Source: Octopus bimaculoides (Eukaryota). From it: a DNA stretch of 41,105 bases. Each line of letters starts with the position of its first letter. Position 1 is the first letter of the stretch. Positions 11,391-23,372 of the stretch are shown in pieces. A program made the translations under genes and the position numbers. The stretch lies in contig NC_068987.1 of assembly GCF_001194135.2 (NCBI RefSeq), positions 8,881,925-8,923,029 of the forward strand. The letters are read 5' to 3'. The notes beneath the pieces were generated by a model. That model ran no database searches. It was not told the origin of the DNA and worked only from the letters and a program-made list of their open reading frames with translations.

Positions 11391-13404
11391 ACACCATAGT
11401 AAAATTGCTTTTTGTGATGTATTTACATTATGTTACACAGATGGTTATTTTAATATATTACAGCTTCTGTTGCATGTAATGAATAATTAATTTATTGAAA
11501 TTATGATGATAAACTATGAAATTAGTGCATGTATGAGCTAAGACTTTTAATATTTCAATGAAAGTGATGAAACAATGATAGCTGAGTAAGCAAATATGGA
11601 AAAAAAGAGAAGGTGTGCTGTTCTTAAAGGAAATTGATTCAATGCCTTACCAGAAAATTTTTGTTTCTCAGGAGGTGGCTGAGAGTATACTGGAAAGGAA
11701 TTTGCAAAATTAAAGCTGTGTAATTTCTTTTGTATTCAACAGATATATATATATTGTCTATAATAATCAAGTTTAAAACCATTATCAAACCGACATTTTG
11801 TCTCTGCTTTACTTAGAGTATTAAATTTATTCACATCACTGATTATGTCAGCTTATTTTAGAACTGTTCATGTTCTGCTCTCTATTACATTAAATACTTA
11901 TTTTTTCCAAAAAAGAATTATGTTGTTTCATTGAAAATTCTGATACACTTTTTTTTTTTGCCTGTATTAGTATTCAGTGGGGAAAAAAATAACAACCTAG
12001 TAATGACACAAAGAATCTACTTTTGTATCTTTGTAACAACTTTGCAGGAATTTTGAGTATTGCACCAAAATATCAACATTAATATAACGAAGCAGAAATT
12101 ATGCAAGAAGTTAGAAGAAACTACTTCAGTATTAAGTAAAAGTGATATATTTATTTATACAAATAGTATAAATATACAAACACATTTTATACATGCACAA
12201 CCCATGCCAGTATAGAAAAAATGATATTAAATGGTGATGATGATGATGATGACGATGACAAACTATAACGATAGTGAACTTTCCAAATAATGGCAAAGTT
12301 AGGGATTTGAGATAGAGGTATTGAGAATTTTCTGCTGTCTGGGAAGTTGTTTCTTTATAATGCATTTATTACAAATGTAAATGGGGACCCAGCATATAAT
12401 GTTGCAAAGATATAATTTGCTGAATATCACACAATTTACTAAATGTACAGAAAACAATTAGGACCGTTAATTTTTTTGTTTTTTAAATCTTGAAAATGAT
12501 AGATAACAAACATGTGATCATTATGGGAATTGTACAGATCTCAAAATGTACAGAATTGTACAGATTTCAAAATGTTGAGCCACAAAAACAAGATGGTATA
12601 AGATGAAAGCAAGTGAGGGTTTGATATACACCAAACTCATCAATCCATGCTGACATGGAAAAAGAAGAGTAAAGTGTTGATAACTTGAAGCAAAAAAATA
12701 TATCATTATTTTAATGAGTCTGAAAAGTATTGTTACACTTTTCATATTTGCAAATGCAGACAATTCAAAGAAAATTCTTTGAAATAATGATGTTGAAAAT
12801 AAGAAGAAAATTACTAACAAATAATCTGATATTTGGTTGAAAAGACAGCTACAAAAGTCTATTACAAATAACCCAAAGAAAACAGACATAACATTATACA
12901 GACGTAACTGTAAATTTAAGTAAGTCACTTGCTTAGAAGAATTTTTCAATTGTCAGGTATAACATTTTGACATTTACTGAGAAATCTTCCTCAGCTATTG
13001 TCATATTTTTAAAAGTTTAAAATAAAAAAAATATTATTTGTACAAGAGAGTACAATTATTTTATGAGTACAATGTATGGGGAGTAGAAAGTGAGAAACCG
13101 AAATTAAGAAAAGAAATTTCAAATCGCACTAACATTCTCTCGCCTTTCTTTTTGAAGACAAAGCTTGTAAAATGCTTTGAGCAAAATTCTGTAAAGCCAA
13201 AATGAAAGTAAGAAAATCAATTAAAAAATAGATTTTCTCCAGTACAGTTATTAACAAATAACAACAAATTATAGTGACCAATACAAAAATTTCATTAGAC
13301 ATTGAGGACATTTATCTCAATCAGTTTTTTTTAATTGAAAATAAACTATGCAATTCAATGTAATGCAAGCATGCACACAAACACACACTCACAATACTCT
13401 TGTT

Positions 13405-13765
13405 TTATTACCTCCACCTTAGTGAAGGTGGAGGTATTGTTTTCAGTTGTGTTTGTCCATGGACAAGATATCTCAAGAACAGCAGGATGGATTTGGATGA
13501 AACTTTTAGGGATGTTTGGCCTCATGACTGGCACAAACTGATTAGATTTTGGGATTGATTTGCTACCGGACAAGGATTCTGGATTAGTTTTCCGTTTTTT
13601 TTTACTTAATTTTTGAGAGTGGTCAGGGTCATTTTTAGTATTTTCGTTTGAGAACAGTTGAATATATTTCAGATATTCTCATTTTAAAAATTATCTCTGG
13701 TTAATCGTTGAAAGGACGTTGATGTTGCCTTGGCGGAGGTTTGCACTCTCTGAGAGCTCTTGTTT
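13405..13765 (+). mobile_element. Non-autonomous Helentron-associated (HINE/DINE-1-like) element
   Basis: 5' 12-bp hairpin tacctccacctt-agtg-aaggtggaggta (13409-13436), subterminal ccttggcggaggt (13728-13740) and a small 3' stem-loop ctctc-t-gagag. T-rich flanks. Confidence 0.6.
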
Positions 13766-13778
13766 ATATTTTATTCAT

Positions 13779-13920
13779 TTACTTTTTACTTGTTTCTCTC
13801 ACTGAACTCCAGTCATGCTGGAGCACCACCTTGAAGGGTTTAGTTGAACAAATTGACCCCAGTGCTTATTTTTAAGTCTGGTGTTTATTCTATCAGTCTC
13901 TTTAAGCTAAACCACTAAAT
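13779..13920 (-). mobile_element. SINE family 1, 3' fragment
   Basis: catgctggagcaccaccttgaag...ttattctatcagtctctt matches the family 1 3' half. Confidence 0.75.
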
Positions 13921-14186
13921 CTAGGTTTTGGATCTGGCCCAGATATTAAAGAGGTTGAGAACCACTGGACTAGACAATACTACTGAAAGGATTTGAACTC
14001 ATAACTGACAAAGATGAAATTAAATATGGCAAGGTATTCTGGTTTAGTTTTTTTTTAGTGTTCTCAGTCCGTTATTGTTTTCTTTTGAAAAAAAATAAAG
14101 AACCCAACAATGCAATAAAATGTGTGTAAAAATGTGTGTTTTAATTAAAGTTCATTATAATTTCTACTTTTGCCAATATATATGTA

Positions 14187-14464
14187 AAGGCACATGGCTT
14201 AGTGGTTAAGGTGTTAACTCACGATTGTGAGATCATGGGTGCCATTCCCAGACCGGGCATTGCATTGTGCTCTTGAGCAAAGCACTTCATTTCACGTTGC
14301 TCTGTGACCATTTCATCATCTAACACAGGGAACCCATTGCACCTGTACAGGTAATGTCGATTTGATGGAGGGAGTGAGCTTATGTGTACACAGACCACTA
14401 TAAACAAATCATCTGTGTAGTTGTTCAATAAGAAACTTCATGCGTTGTCTAACGACGGGAGAGT

Positions 14465-14470
<6 letters not shown>
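14187..14470 (+). mobile_element. SINE family 4 (tRNA head tggcttagtggtt...attcccagaccggg) followed by (TA)n
   Basis: A-box TGGCTTAGTGG and a degenerate B-box. Shares attcccagaccgggc with the 22982-23372 element. Confidence 0.7.
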
Positions 14471-14517
<47 letters not shown>

Positions 14518-16059
14518 AGACAAATCACAAGATCAATGTTAGGAAACAACTATAGTCAATTGTGTTGGTCCCCAGTATATTACCAGTACTTATTTTATCA
14601 ACATTATGGTTATGAAGAACAAAATCAATCCCTTGATTTTATACTATCTGATAATTAGAAAAATGATAATAAAAAACTGATATTAATAGTTATTTTATTA
14701 ATATTCCACATCTGACCAGATATTTTCAATGTCATGACTCAAATTTTGTTTGTTAATTGTTAGTCCACAGTGACAGAGCAGCTTAATACAAATTCATTAA
14801 TAAACCTATACATAGATTTTATTTTTCCCTATGGTCTTAACATTTTAAAGATTTGGCTATGTTACATATACAACAATATACAAACTGATAGAAATGCCAC
14901 ATCTTGTCTAAAATAGTAGGAAAATTTTTATCTCTTGTGAAATAACACACACACGAAAAAAAAAAATCAATATTGTGGTAAATGATATCAGAGTAGATGA
15001 AAGAAATAATAGAAAAGAAAATAATATTGTCAACATTGTAACCTTCATTCATTTGTTCATTCTAATTTTTCTTCTGTATCAACAATTTTATGATTAGCTT
15101 TTCTTTATTTGCATCATTTAGCACCAACTCTATAAACTGTAGTTCAAATTAGACAAAACCTGTTCTTTAGCTTATTAACAGCCCAATTAGAAATCCTCAC
15201 TGGAGCTGACTGAAACCTAAGTTCTTATAGTGAAATTATTTCCCTCCAATGAGCCAACTCAATTTTACATCTAATTTGTTCACACTGACACAGTTGGTTA
15301 ATTCAACATATTTTACATGTTCTCAATTACTTTTTCACTAAGATATAACCTTCATGCTGTAGATATATCAAACCATGAAATGAAAGTGGAAACAATTTAG
15401 GGAATAGTTTGATTGACGTTAGTGAATTAATGAATGTACATTTTCTAAGGGATCAGTTCAATATCTACGACAGTTTGAACTTAATGTGCATGGGTCAAAA
15501 GATCAGTACATTAATTATGTAGCCTTTGTGCATTTAATGAAGGGCACTTTGCCATTTATTAAACAGGAACCAGGAAGTCTTTCCAGCTCTGCTTAACAAT
15601 TTATAAAAAGAAACAAAACTACTTAGTGATGGAGCACCAAACTAGCCACAAATCATATAATCTGGTGATTTCCAGATATCATTTCAAACAATGACAATTA
15701 TTTATAACAGTGGCACAAAGCCAAAAGTTCATTAGGAAGAAATAGAATATTCACACTCAGAATATTAAGAGATTGAAACTAACTGCAGAAAGGCATTTTG
15801 TCAAGTATCCACCGATCTCTGCCTCTCCACAACTTAATAATAACTGCAACAACAATAATTGTTTCTAATATTAGAACAAGGATTGAAATTTGTGTGAGGA
15901 TTTGTTGATTATATCAATCCCAGTACTTGGTTGATACTTTAATAGAGATGAAAGCAAAGTGGATCTCACCAGGATATGAAACGAGAACATAACAGACGAT
16001 GTCCCTCTCGATCCACAGTAGTGTAAGATAATGTCTTGCATTTTATCTGACACTGTGGG

Positions 16060-16225
16060 TGAGGAGAGAAATGTAGTCTATTAAATCAACACCAGTACTT
16101 GACTGGTACTTATTTTATTGACACTACAAGGATGAAAGATAAAATCAACTTCAGCAAATTTGAACTCAAAACATGAAAGGATACATTGAACTACCACAAG
16201 CCTGGTGATCTATTAATTCTGCCGA
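16060..16225 (-). mobile_element. SINE family 3, diverged copy
   Basis: tggtacttattttattgac...ggatgaaag...aatttgaactca is the reverse complement of the family 3 core. Confidence 0.65.
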
Positions 16226-16363
16226 CAACAACACAACTATGATGCAACACTTGGCTTTGAAATAAAAGTATGCAATCAAGGGTAATATTTCAATAATAAT
16301 AATGGTTATCAAAATGAGTTTTTAATAATTAATTCAACATTAGTTGGAATTTCGAGATCCATA

Positions 16364-16462
16364 TTATATAACAAAACAGATTTGGTTGCGTCACGGTTTT
16401 CTCAGAGGCTCTGCAACTCAACTTTCATGCGTGACATTTTCTTTCCTAACAGTCTGATTGGT
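16364..16462 (-). promoter_or_regulatory. Candidate internal promoter/enhancer: CCAAT box, two CRE-like sites, TATA-like box
   Basis: On the minus strand, in order: ACCAATCAG (16462-16454), GTCACGCA (16435-16428), GTGACGCAA (16394-16386), TATATAA (16370-16364). Motif evidence only. Confidence 0.3.
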
Positions 16463-17229
16463 GTCAATATCACTGAAAGATATTAACACTGATTAATATT
16501 GCCAGAAGAACAGATGGTATATGATAGAAACATTTACATATATAATTTGAAATTGAATGACAAATGACAACATTCCTATATGCAATTAAATGATTCCATC
16601 AGGAGATTTAACAAGCAACTTGTTCAAAATTAGGCTAATTTAGATTCTAATTATAATGGTTGACATCTCAAGGATTTCACACCCTATTTGATTAAGTATC
16701 AATATCGTAATTTATAAGTAAATTATTAAATGAAGAAAATTACTTCAACACAATGCATTTAGATATCTGATATATGTATTTCTATTTGGACATAAGTTGC
16801 AGTTAAAATAACAAAGAGTAAATTACATTTTTTTAAAAATAAAATTCAATTAAAATTTTTTTTTGATTAAATTCTACATAGAATGTGTATTCAAACTTAG
16901 TGTAAAGAAATCTAAAATTAAAAACCCAAATTCAAGAAAAAGAGAAACTGAATACACACAATCAAAATGCGAAGAGAAGAGTCTGCCTAATGTTGACCCA
17001 ATTGAGGGACCAGCTATCTGAATTGACAGTACCCTGGTAGATTAAAGTAATTAAGGGTATGTAGACAGGGAAAGCACCCAGCCCATCAGGAATCACTGCT
17101 GGTATGAGTTATGGTCTAGTCGACCGTATTGTAAATCAGGTTGTTCATGAAAGAGTCATACCCAATGACTGGTGTACTAGCACCATAATCAATTGCTACA
17201 AAGGTAAAGGTGATGCCTTACATAAAAAT

Positions 17230-17346
17230 TATTACAGGGGGGATGTTCCCCCATACTGATGGAATTGCAGTGAAAACAGTCCAGACTCAAGCAGTGGAGG
17301 AAAGTCGTTGAAGGTATATGCTCCACAGGGAGTGAAGGATTTAAGT
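17230..17346 (+). mobile_element. Probable RTE-type LINE 3' end relic
   Basis: Translates to ...QWRKVVEGICSTGSEGFK*, resembling the W-R-x-x-V-x-G-L-C-S C-terminus of RTE ORFs. Confidence 0.4.
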
Positions 17347-17619
17347 AACAAAATGTTAAATGGTTGATGTTAGAAAGGGCATCGAGCCATCGAAACCATG
17401 CCAAAGCTGACATAAGAGCTTGACACAGAGTCCTGTGGTCATTGGATTCTGTCAAACTGCCCAACATAGAAAATTTTTGATACAGTTGAGATTTATTATT
17501 ATCATTCTCCATACTTGTTTCTTCTGCTAACATAGCTTGGATGGCTGTGAGATAACAACAAACATTCATACATCAAACTCAAACCTTATTGTTCTTTATT
17601 ACAGTCTATATAACTGAAA

Positions 17620-17764
17620 TCATCATCATTGTTTAACATCTGCTTTCCATGCTAGCATGGGTTGAACGGTTTGATTGAGGACTGGTGAGCCAGAGGCTGC
17701 ACCAGACTCAATCTGGTCTAGCAAAGTTTCTACAGCTGGATGCCCTTCCTAACGCCAACCACTC
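17620..17764 (-). mobile_element. SINE family 2, 3' end
   Basis: catcatcattgtttaacatctgctttccatgctagcatgggtt...gatgcccttcctaacgccaacc. Confidence 0.85.
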
Positions 17765-17893
17765 AATTTACAATAGGCTGTATAATATTTATTTCAGCAA
17801 CTTGAAACCTTTAAAAAAAAAAGGGAAATTTTGTATTATTTTTGCGCATTTATCTATATATATGATTATGTGACCATCACCTAAAAGCCTAAA

Positions 17894-18240
17894 TCATCAT
17901 CATCATCATCATCATCATTCAACATGTTTTCCATGTTGGTGTAAGCTGGAGAGTTTGACAGGAGCTGCTTAGCTGGAGAGCTGCCAGGGCTCCATGTTGG
18001 TTTTGGTATGGTTTCTATGGATGGATGCCCTTCCTAATGCCAACCACTTCACATGTAGTGGGTGCTTCTTACATGGCACTGGTGCCCATGAACCTGCAAG
18101 ATTAGGAATGCTCAGCTGAAGAGGGATGCAGGGGACATGCGTGTGTGCAAGGACAACCACGTATTTACTTAGTCTAACGTGTCTTCTCAAGCACAGCAAA
18201 CTGCCAAAAGTCTTGGTCTTGTCATCCCCTCTGTGAGGCC
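17894..18240 (-). mobile_element. SINE family 2 variant
   Basis: (CAT)n tail, gatgcccttcctaatgccaacc, and a 5' part homologous to 36470-36540. Confidence 0.75.
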
Positions 18241-18983
18241 TCTAAAAGTTAAACAGTTTATTGCACATGGATCTTAAATTCAAATGCTAATGTATGAAAA
18301 AAGAAACAAATATTTTTCAAATATACATTTCAAATTTGTTATAAGAAAATTTTATTTCAATAAAGATTGATTGTTTTTTAATGATTAATAATTAAGGAAT
18401 TTGTTATAGAAATCTTCAACATGAAAAGACTGACATCATTATATTATTTCTTTAATGTGACATGTGATGAACATTGAGCCACCCAAATCCTCAAAGCACG
18501 GATAATACAGTATCCAAGCAACAAGACAAAATTAGTTTAAAAGAATAAGGAATGATGATTATAGAATTAACAAGATTAATAGGAATTTTATTCAAAAGCA
18601 ACAAATAAACTATCTGAAATATTTAATTTGCTTAGTTATAAAATACTTCCTCAGATTTATTATTATCTTTTGTTTTTTTCTTTAAATACTGAAGAAGCTT
18701 CCAAGCATTAATTCTCATATTAATATATGCTGCTTTTTAGCTTGATAGATAGATAGAGGGAAGAGGAGGGAGGTATGGGCATGAATATATTCTTGTTTGG
18801 TAAGATGTATTGTATGAATGAACCTTACATTTCACACAACACACTGTATTAATAAGATTCATATTTTCTGCTACTGAGCTTTTCAAAGAAAACATTAGTT
18901 ATTATTAAATTACAAGTAAAAATGATAAACAAATTTATGTTCATGCATCTCATAAATAAGGTAGTATCTAATATGTTTAATAC

Positions 18984-19143
18984 TCATTTACTCTTTGACG
19001 TGTTTCAGGACTTATTCTTTGGAAGCCTAGTACTTATTCTATCGGTCTCTTTTTGCCGAACTGCTAAGTTACAGGGACGTAAACACACCAGCATCAGTTG
19101 TCAAACGATGGTGGGGGGGACAAACACAGACACACAAACACAA

Positions 19144-19212
<69 letters not shown>

Positions 19213-19375
19213 TACGACAGGCTTCTTTAAGTTTTCGTCTACCAAATCCACTCACAAGGCTTTGGTCGGCCTGAGGCTATAGTAGAAGACACTTGCCCAA
19301 GGTGCCACACAGTGGGACTGAACCCGGAACCATGTGGTTGGTAAGCAAGCCACTTACCACACAGCCACTCCTGCA
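18984..19375 (-). mobile_element. SINE family 1, well-preserved near-full-length copy
   Basis: Head gcaggagtggctgtgtggtaag (A-box TGGCTGTGTGG, B-box GGTTCAGTCCC), CORE-like ccttgggcaagtgtctt, (TA)n(TG)n hinge, and a 3' half with an internal deletion. Confidence 0.9.
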
Positions 19376-19499
19376 CCAATATAAAAATGATTTTTGAAAT
19401 ATTTTGTGTATTGTAGAAGTGTAACTGATTTATTGCACATAAATTTTAACAGCAAAATTTTATGTGGACCCCTAAGGACCATGTGGATTCCCAGTAGAT

Positions 19500-19601
19500 C
19501 AGGGGTTCTATGATTTTTTTCCCCTTTCAAATCAAGGGGGTAACGTCAGCATAAATAAATATATTTTGGGGTAATTGGTTAAAAAAGTTCCCCAACCCCT
19601 G
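19500..19601. mobile_element. 102-bp hAT (Buster/Charlie-type) MITE
   Basis: TIRs CAGGGGTT (19500-19507) and AACCCCTG (19594-19601). Perfect 8-bp TSD cagTAgat at 19492-19499 and 19602-19609. Confidence 0.85.
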
Positions 19602-20315
19602 CAGTAGATAAACACTGGTTTAGACTATACTTAATATATATCCATTTGTTGAAAATCTTTGTTCATGTCACCAACAATCAACCAAACTCCCTCTACTTAG
19701 AATCCTAGACTCAATACTATCTAATTAGTTTCACCTCTGACACTAATTAAACTACATAACCACTACTAACTTAGCTGCTATTTCCAAATAACAGGGGAAA
19801 ATTATTATATATGCATTATTAATAATGAAACAAAAGAACAAAACACACCTCTTTATCATATATTGGCAAATGGCTTCAGGATTTACTCAGATGTAGAGAC
19901 AATTTTGTAATAGCTTCAAATATCAAATATAACCGCGGGATTGCCAATGAATATTATTGATTAGGGAAAAGAAAGAGATATATTTAATGCTAAATACTAT
20001 AGCATCAAGCCAAAAATTAAAAGTTATGGAATATGAAGAGAATGAAAAGAAATATAAATTATCTGATATATTTGTTGTCAAAAGTATACTGGTATTTTTT
20101 GGTTGCTTTTCAAATAACCCAACTAACTTGAACTTAATTTCCTTTATTTCTTATAACTGAGACATTTGATTATTACAGAAACTAGCAAAAAGAAAAGAAA
20201 AGATTCTTCAAGGTAAGAATCACACAAGATTGCTTGAAGCTCACTTTCTTCCTACACCTCGATCCTTGAATATTACATTTTTATATATATATATATATGT
20301 ATGTATGTATATAGT

Positions 20316-20747
20316 ACCATCTGAGCGTGACCATTGCCAGGGCAAGCCACTGACTGGCCCCCATGCCAGTGGCACATAAAAAGCACCATCCGAGCGTGAT
20401 CGTTACCAACGTCGCCTTACTGGCACTTGTGCTTGGTGGTATGTAGAAAACAACATTCAAGCGAGGGTGGTGCCAGTGCCACTGGACTGGCTCCTATGCA
20501 AGTGACATGTAAAAACACCATTTAAGCGTGGCCATTGCTAGTACTGCCTGACTGGCACTCATGCCAGTGGCACGTAAAAGCACCCACTACACTCTCGGAG
20601 TGGCTGGCATTAGGAAGGGCATCCAGCTGTAGAAACTCTGCCAGATCAGATTGGAGCCTGGTGCACCCATCTGGCTCACCAGTCCCCAGTCAAACCGTCC
20701 AACCCATGCCAGCATGGAAAGCGGATGTTAAACGATGATGATGATGA
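20316..20747 (+). mobile_element. SINE family 2 with 4 internal tandem units
   Basis: Four ~65-70 bp units, then acccactacactctcggagtgg...aggaagggcatccagctgtagaaac...(GAT)n. Confidence 0.9.
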
Positions 20748-20759
20748 TATATGTATGTA

Positions 20760-20805
<46 letters not shown>

Positions 20806-20807
20806 TA

Positions 20808-20939
20808 CATGATGGGTTCCTTTCTGTTTCTATCAAACAAATCCACTCACAAGGATTTGGTCAGCCTGAGGCTATAGAAGCCACTTGCCCAATGTTCCAT
20901 GCAGTAGAACTGAACCCAGAACCATGTGGTTTGGAAGCA
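20808..20939 (-). mobile_element. SINE family 1, head half
   Basis: aaatccactcacaagg...ctgaacccagaaccatgtgg. Confidence 0.8.
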
Positions 20940-21849
20940 TTAATAAATCACTAGTATTATATTTGCCAACTCTTCAGAGTTAACAAATCCAATTCCAACA
21001 AATCTACAGATCTGAACTCAATAATGGAATGGACTCCAATAGATATTGTTGATCACCCAGGTTTCTGTACAATCTCCACATTATAATAGTGCAAAGTTCA
21101 AGAAGTAGGAAATAGATTAAAATATTTTAACATTTCTTTGTCTATAATAATTTTATAAATCTGTAAATTTTCAATGTAAGCTGTCAAAATTTTCTCGTTT
21201 CCTTTTCACTAATCACAAGCCTTGATGAAAAAATATACAACGAGTCAACTGATAAACATAACATGACTAATATATTTCAATGTATTCAGTCATTCTTCGC
21301 ACCACACAGTCACACAAAACACTGACATATTTTGGCAATATTTAACAGCATTTTTTAACATTGTTAAATGAAATTACCTTAGTGTTTAATGAATCTCAGT
21401 TAATTAGAGTTAACAAAGACGACAATGCTGAGTGTTTAAAAAGAGACATTAAGTCTCTGAAAGTTTGGAATTAGTATCTTTAACTAAATTATTCAATTTT
21501 CGACAGTAAAATTTGACATGAACAAAGACAAAGATTTTGTAAATTTTCAGATTATAAAATAATACACTCCACCCCCCACACACACAAATAAAAGGAAAAA
21601 ATAAACCAAATGAACCAGTGTCCTAGTAGAGTATTTAACAGCAACAGTTTAGTACATACTTCAAAAATATATTTTATCTTAGCCATCTACAAAGTGATGG
21701 GGATACAAAATAAGCATCCTTGGAATGAAATCAAAATGCTTGCTTGCTTCCACTAACATATTTTAGGTTGTCCTACATCTGTAGGATCTAACTCTTACAG
21801 TTAATGACATTAGAATCGTTGCCATTTTAATGCTTACTTTTTGATGCCA

Positions 21850-21990
21850 GGGTCAGATGGAGGTACCTGAGGAAGAGTTTCTACAATCAGATGCCCTTCC
21901 TGTTGCCAACTCTTACCTGATTCCAAGCAAGGTAATATTTTCCCATAGCCAGTCATGATTTTACAGAATATTAAAAATTAATGACATTCA
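21850..21990 (-). mobile_element. SINE family 2 variant fragment
   Basis: gatgcccttcctgttgccaac...aaggtaatattt, homologous to 22200-22370. Confidence 0.6.
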
Positions 21991-22035
21991 TTTACAACAA
22001 TCACACAATGTCAAAACAAAGGGACACAAACATGT

Positions 22036-22054
22036 ACTACTGCTACTGCTGCTG

Positions 22055-22121
<67 letters not shown>

Positions 22122-22160
22122 ACCACCACCACCACCACCAAAACCACCACCACCACCACA

Positions 22161-22194
<34 letters not shown>

Positions 22195-22196
22195 TC
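22036..22196. repeat. Compound trinucleotide array (TGC/TAC)n(CAC)n(CAT)n
   Basis: Directly visible. It lies at the tail position of the adjacent SINE. Confidence 0.95.
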
Positions 22197-22372
22197 TAAC
22201 ATTCACTTTCCCGTGCTCTCACAGGCATCCTATCACCAACCCTCACCTGTTTTGAAGGTAATATTTCTCTGTGACCAGAGGCTTTTATGGAAGATTGGAA
22301 ACAAAGGTCATTACTTACATGACAATGTCACTCACAGCTATCACACAGTATCAAAGCCAGGAGACAGCAACA
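22197..22372 (-). mobile_element. SINE family 2 variant fragment
   Basis: ggcatcctatcaccaaccctcacctg...aaggtaatattt. Confidence 0.6.
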
Positions 22373-22555
22373 TACACACACACACCCATACATTCATATA
22401 TATATATATATATATATATNNNNNNNNNNNNNNNNNNNNNNNNNNNNNNNNNNNNNNNNNNNNNNNNNNNNNNNNNNNNNNNNNNNNNNNNNNNNNNNNN
22501 NNNNNNNNNNNNNNNNNNNNNNNNNNNNNNNNNNNNNNNNNNNNNNNNNNNNNNN

Positions 22556-22665
22556 GGGGGGGGGGGGTATAGAAGAAGACATTTGTCTAAGGTGCCACAT
22601 AGCGGGACTGAACCCAAAACCCATATAGTTAGGAAGCAAACTTCGTAACCACACAGCCATACTTG
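22556..22665 (-). mobile_element. SINE family 1 head, cut by an N gap
   Basis: gaagacatttgtctaaggtgccac...gggactgaaccc...accacacagcc. Confidence 0.8.
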
Positions 22666-22679
22666 CACATTGATCATTA

Positions 22680-22826
22680 AAATATACAATTGCAGAAAAC
22701 TTAATAAAGCTTAGTGCAAAAGAACAGGTAGAATGTATGGTATATGAAATAATGTGAAAAACACTAATAATGCTCCATTTTCTAATGACAGTTTCAAAAC
22801 ATATTCATGAAATGTCAGATGTGAAC
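22680..22826 (+). pseudogene. Second fragment of a hAT/Buster transposase (paralogous to 25942-26059)
   Basis: Translates to YTIAENLIKLSAKEQVECMV...PFSNDSF, resembling Buster PHTIAEELILPAAKDMV...PLSNDT. DNA similarity to 25942-26059 is visible. Confidence 0.7.
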
Positions 22827-22981
22827 CTAGATCTGCCACAAACTGGATTTGCTTAATTGACAATACTTTGTGTGTTGCGTTCCTCTACAAGCCACCCTTT
22901 TATTGTATCACTTGCGTATTAACTCATTTATTTCTCAGAGCAGGATTTCTTTAACTGGGTCCTGCAGAACTCAGTGGCTTT

Positions 22982-23372
22982 GTTGTTGGCACTGTTGGCA
23001 CTCCATCGCTTACAACGACGAGGGTTCCAATTGATCTGATCAACAGAACAGCCTGCTCGAGAAATTAACGTGCAAGTGGCTGAGCACTCCACAGACACGT
23101 GTACCCTTAACGTATTTCTCGGCGATATTCAGCATGACACAGTGTGACAAGGCTGAACCTTTGAATTACAGGCACAACAGAAACAGGAAGTAAGAGTGAG
23201 AGAAAGTTGTGGTGAAAGAGTACAGCAGGGTTCGCCACCATCCCCGGCCGGAGCCTCGTGAAGCTTTAGGTGTTTTCGCTCAATAAACACACACAACGCC
23301 CGGTCTGGGAATTGAAACCGCAATCTTATGACCGCGAGTCCGCTGCTCTAACCATTGGGCCATTGTGCTTCC
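22982..23372 (-). mobile_element. 391-bp tRNA-derived SINE (family 4-related head) with intact TSD
   Basis: A-box TGGCCCAATGG, B-box GGTTTCAATTCCC, (CAA)-type tail. 13-bp TSD actcagtggcttt at 22969-22981 and 23373-23385. Confidence 0.9.

Noticed and set aside
12521-12949. 142-aa hydrophobic ORF
   Set aside because: It starts at a non-ATG codon, its composition reflects T-richness, and it has no splice signals or family motifs that I recognise.
19300-19375. tRNA genes at A/B-box sites (also 14187, 23372 and others)
   Set aside because: These are SINE heads. No complete cloverleaf is evident and each continues into a repeat body.
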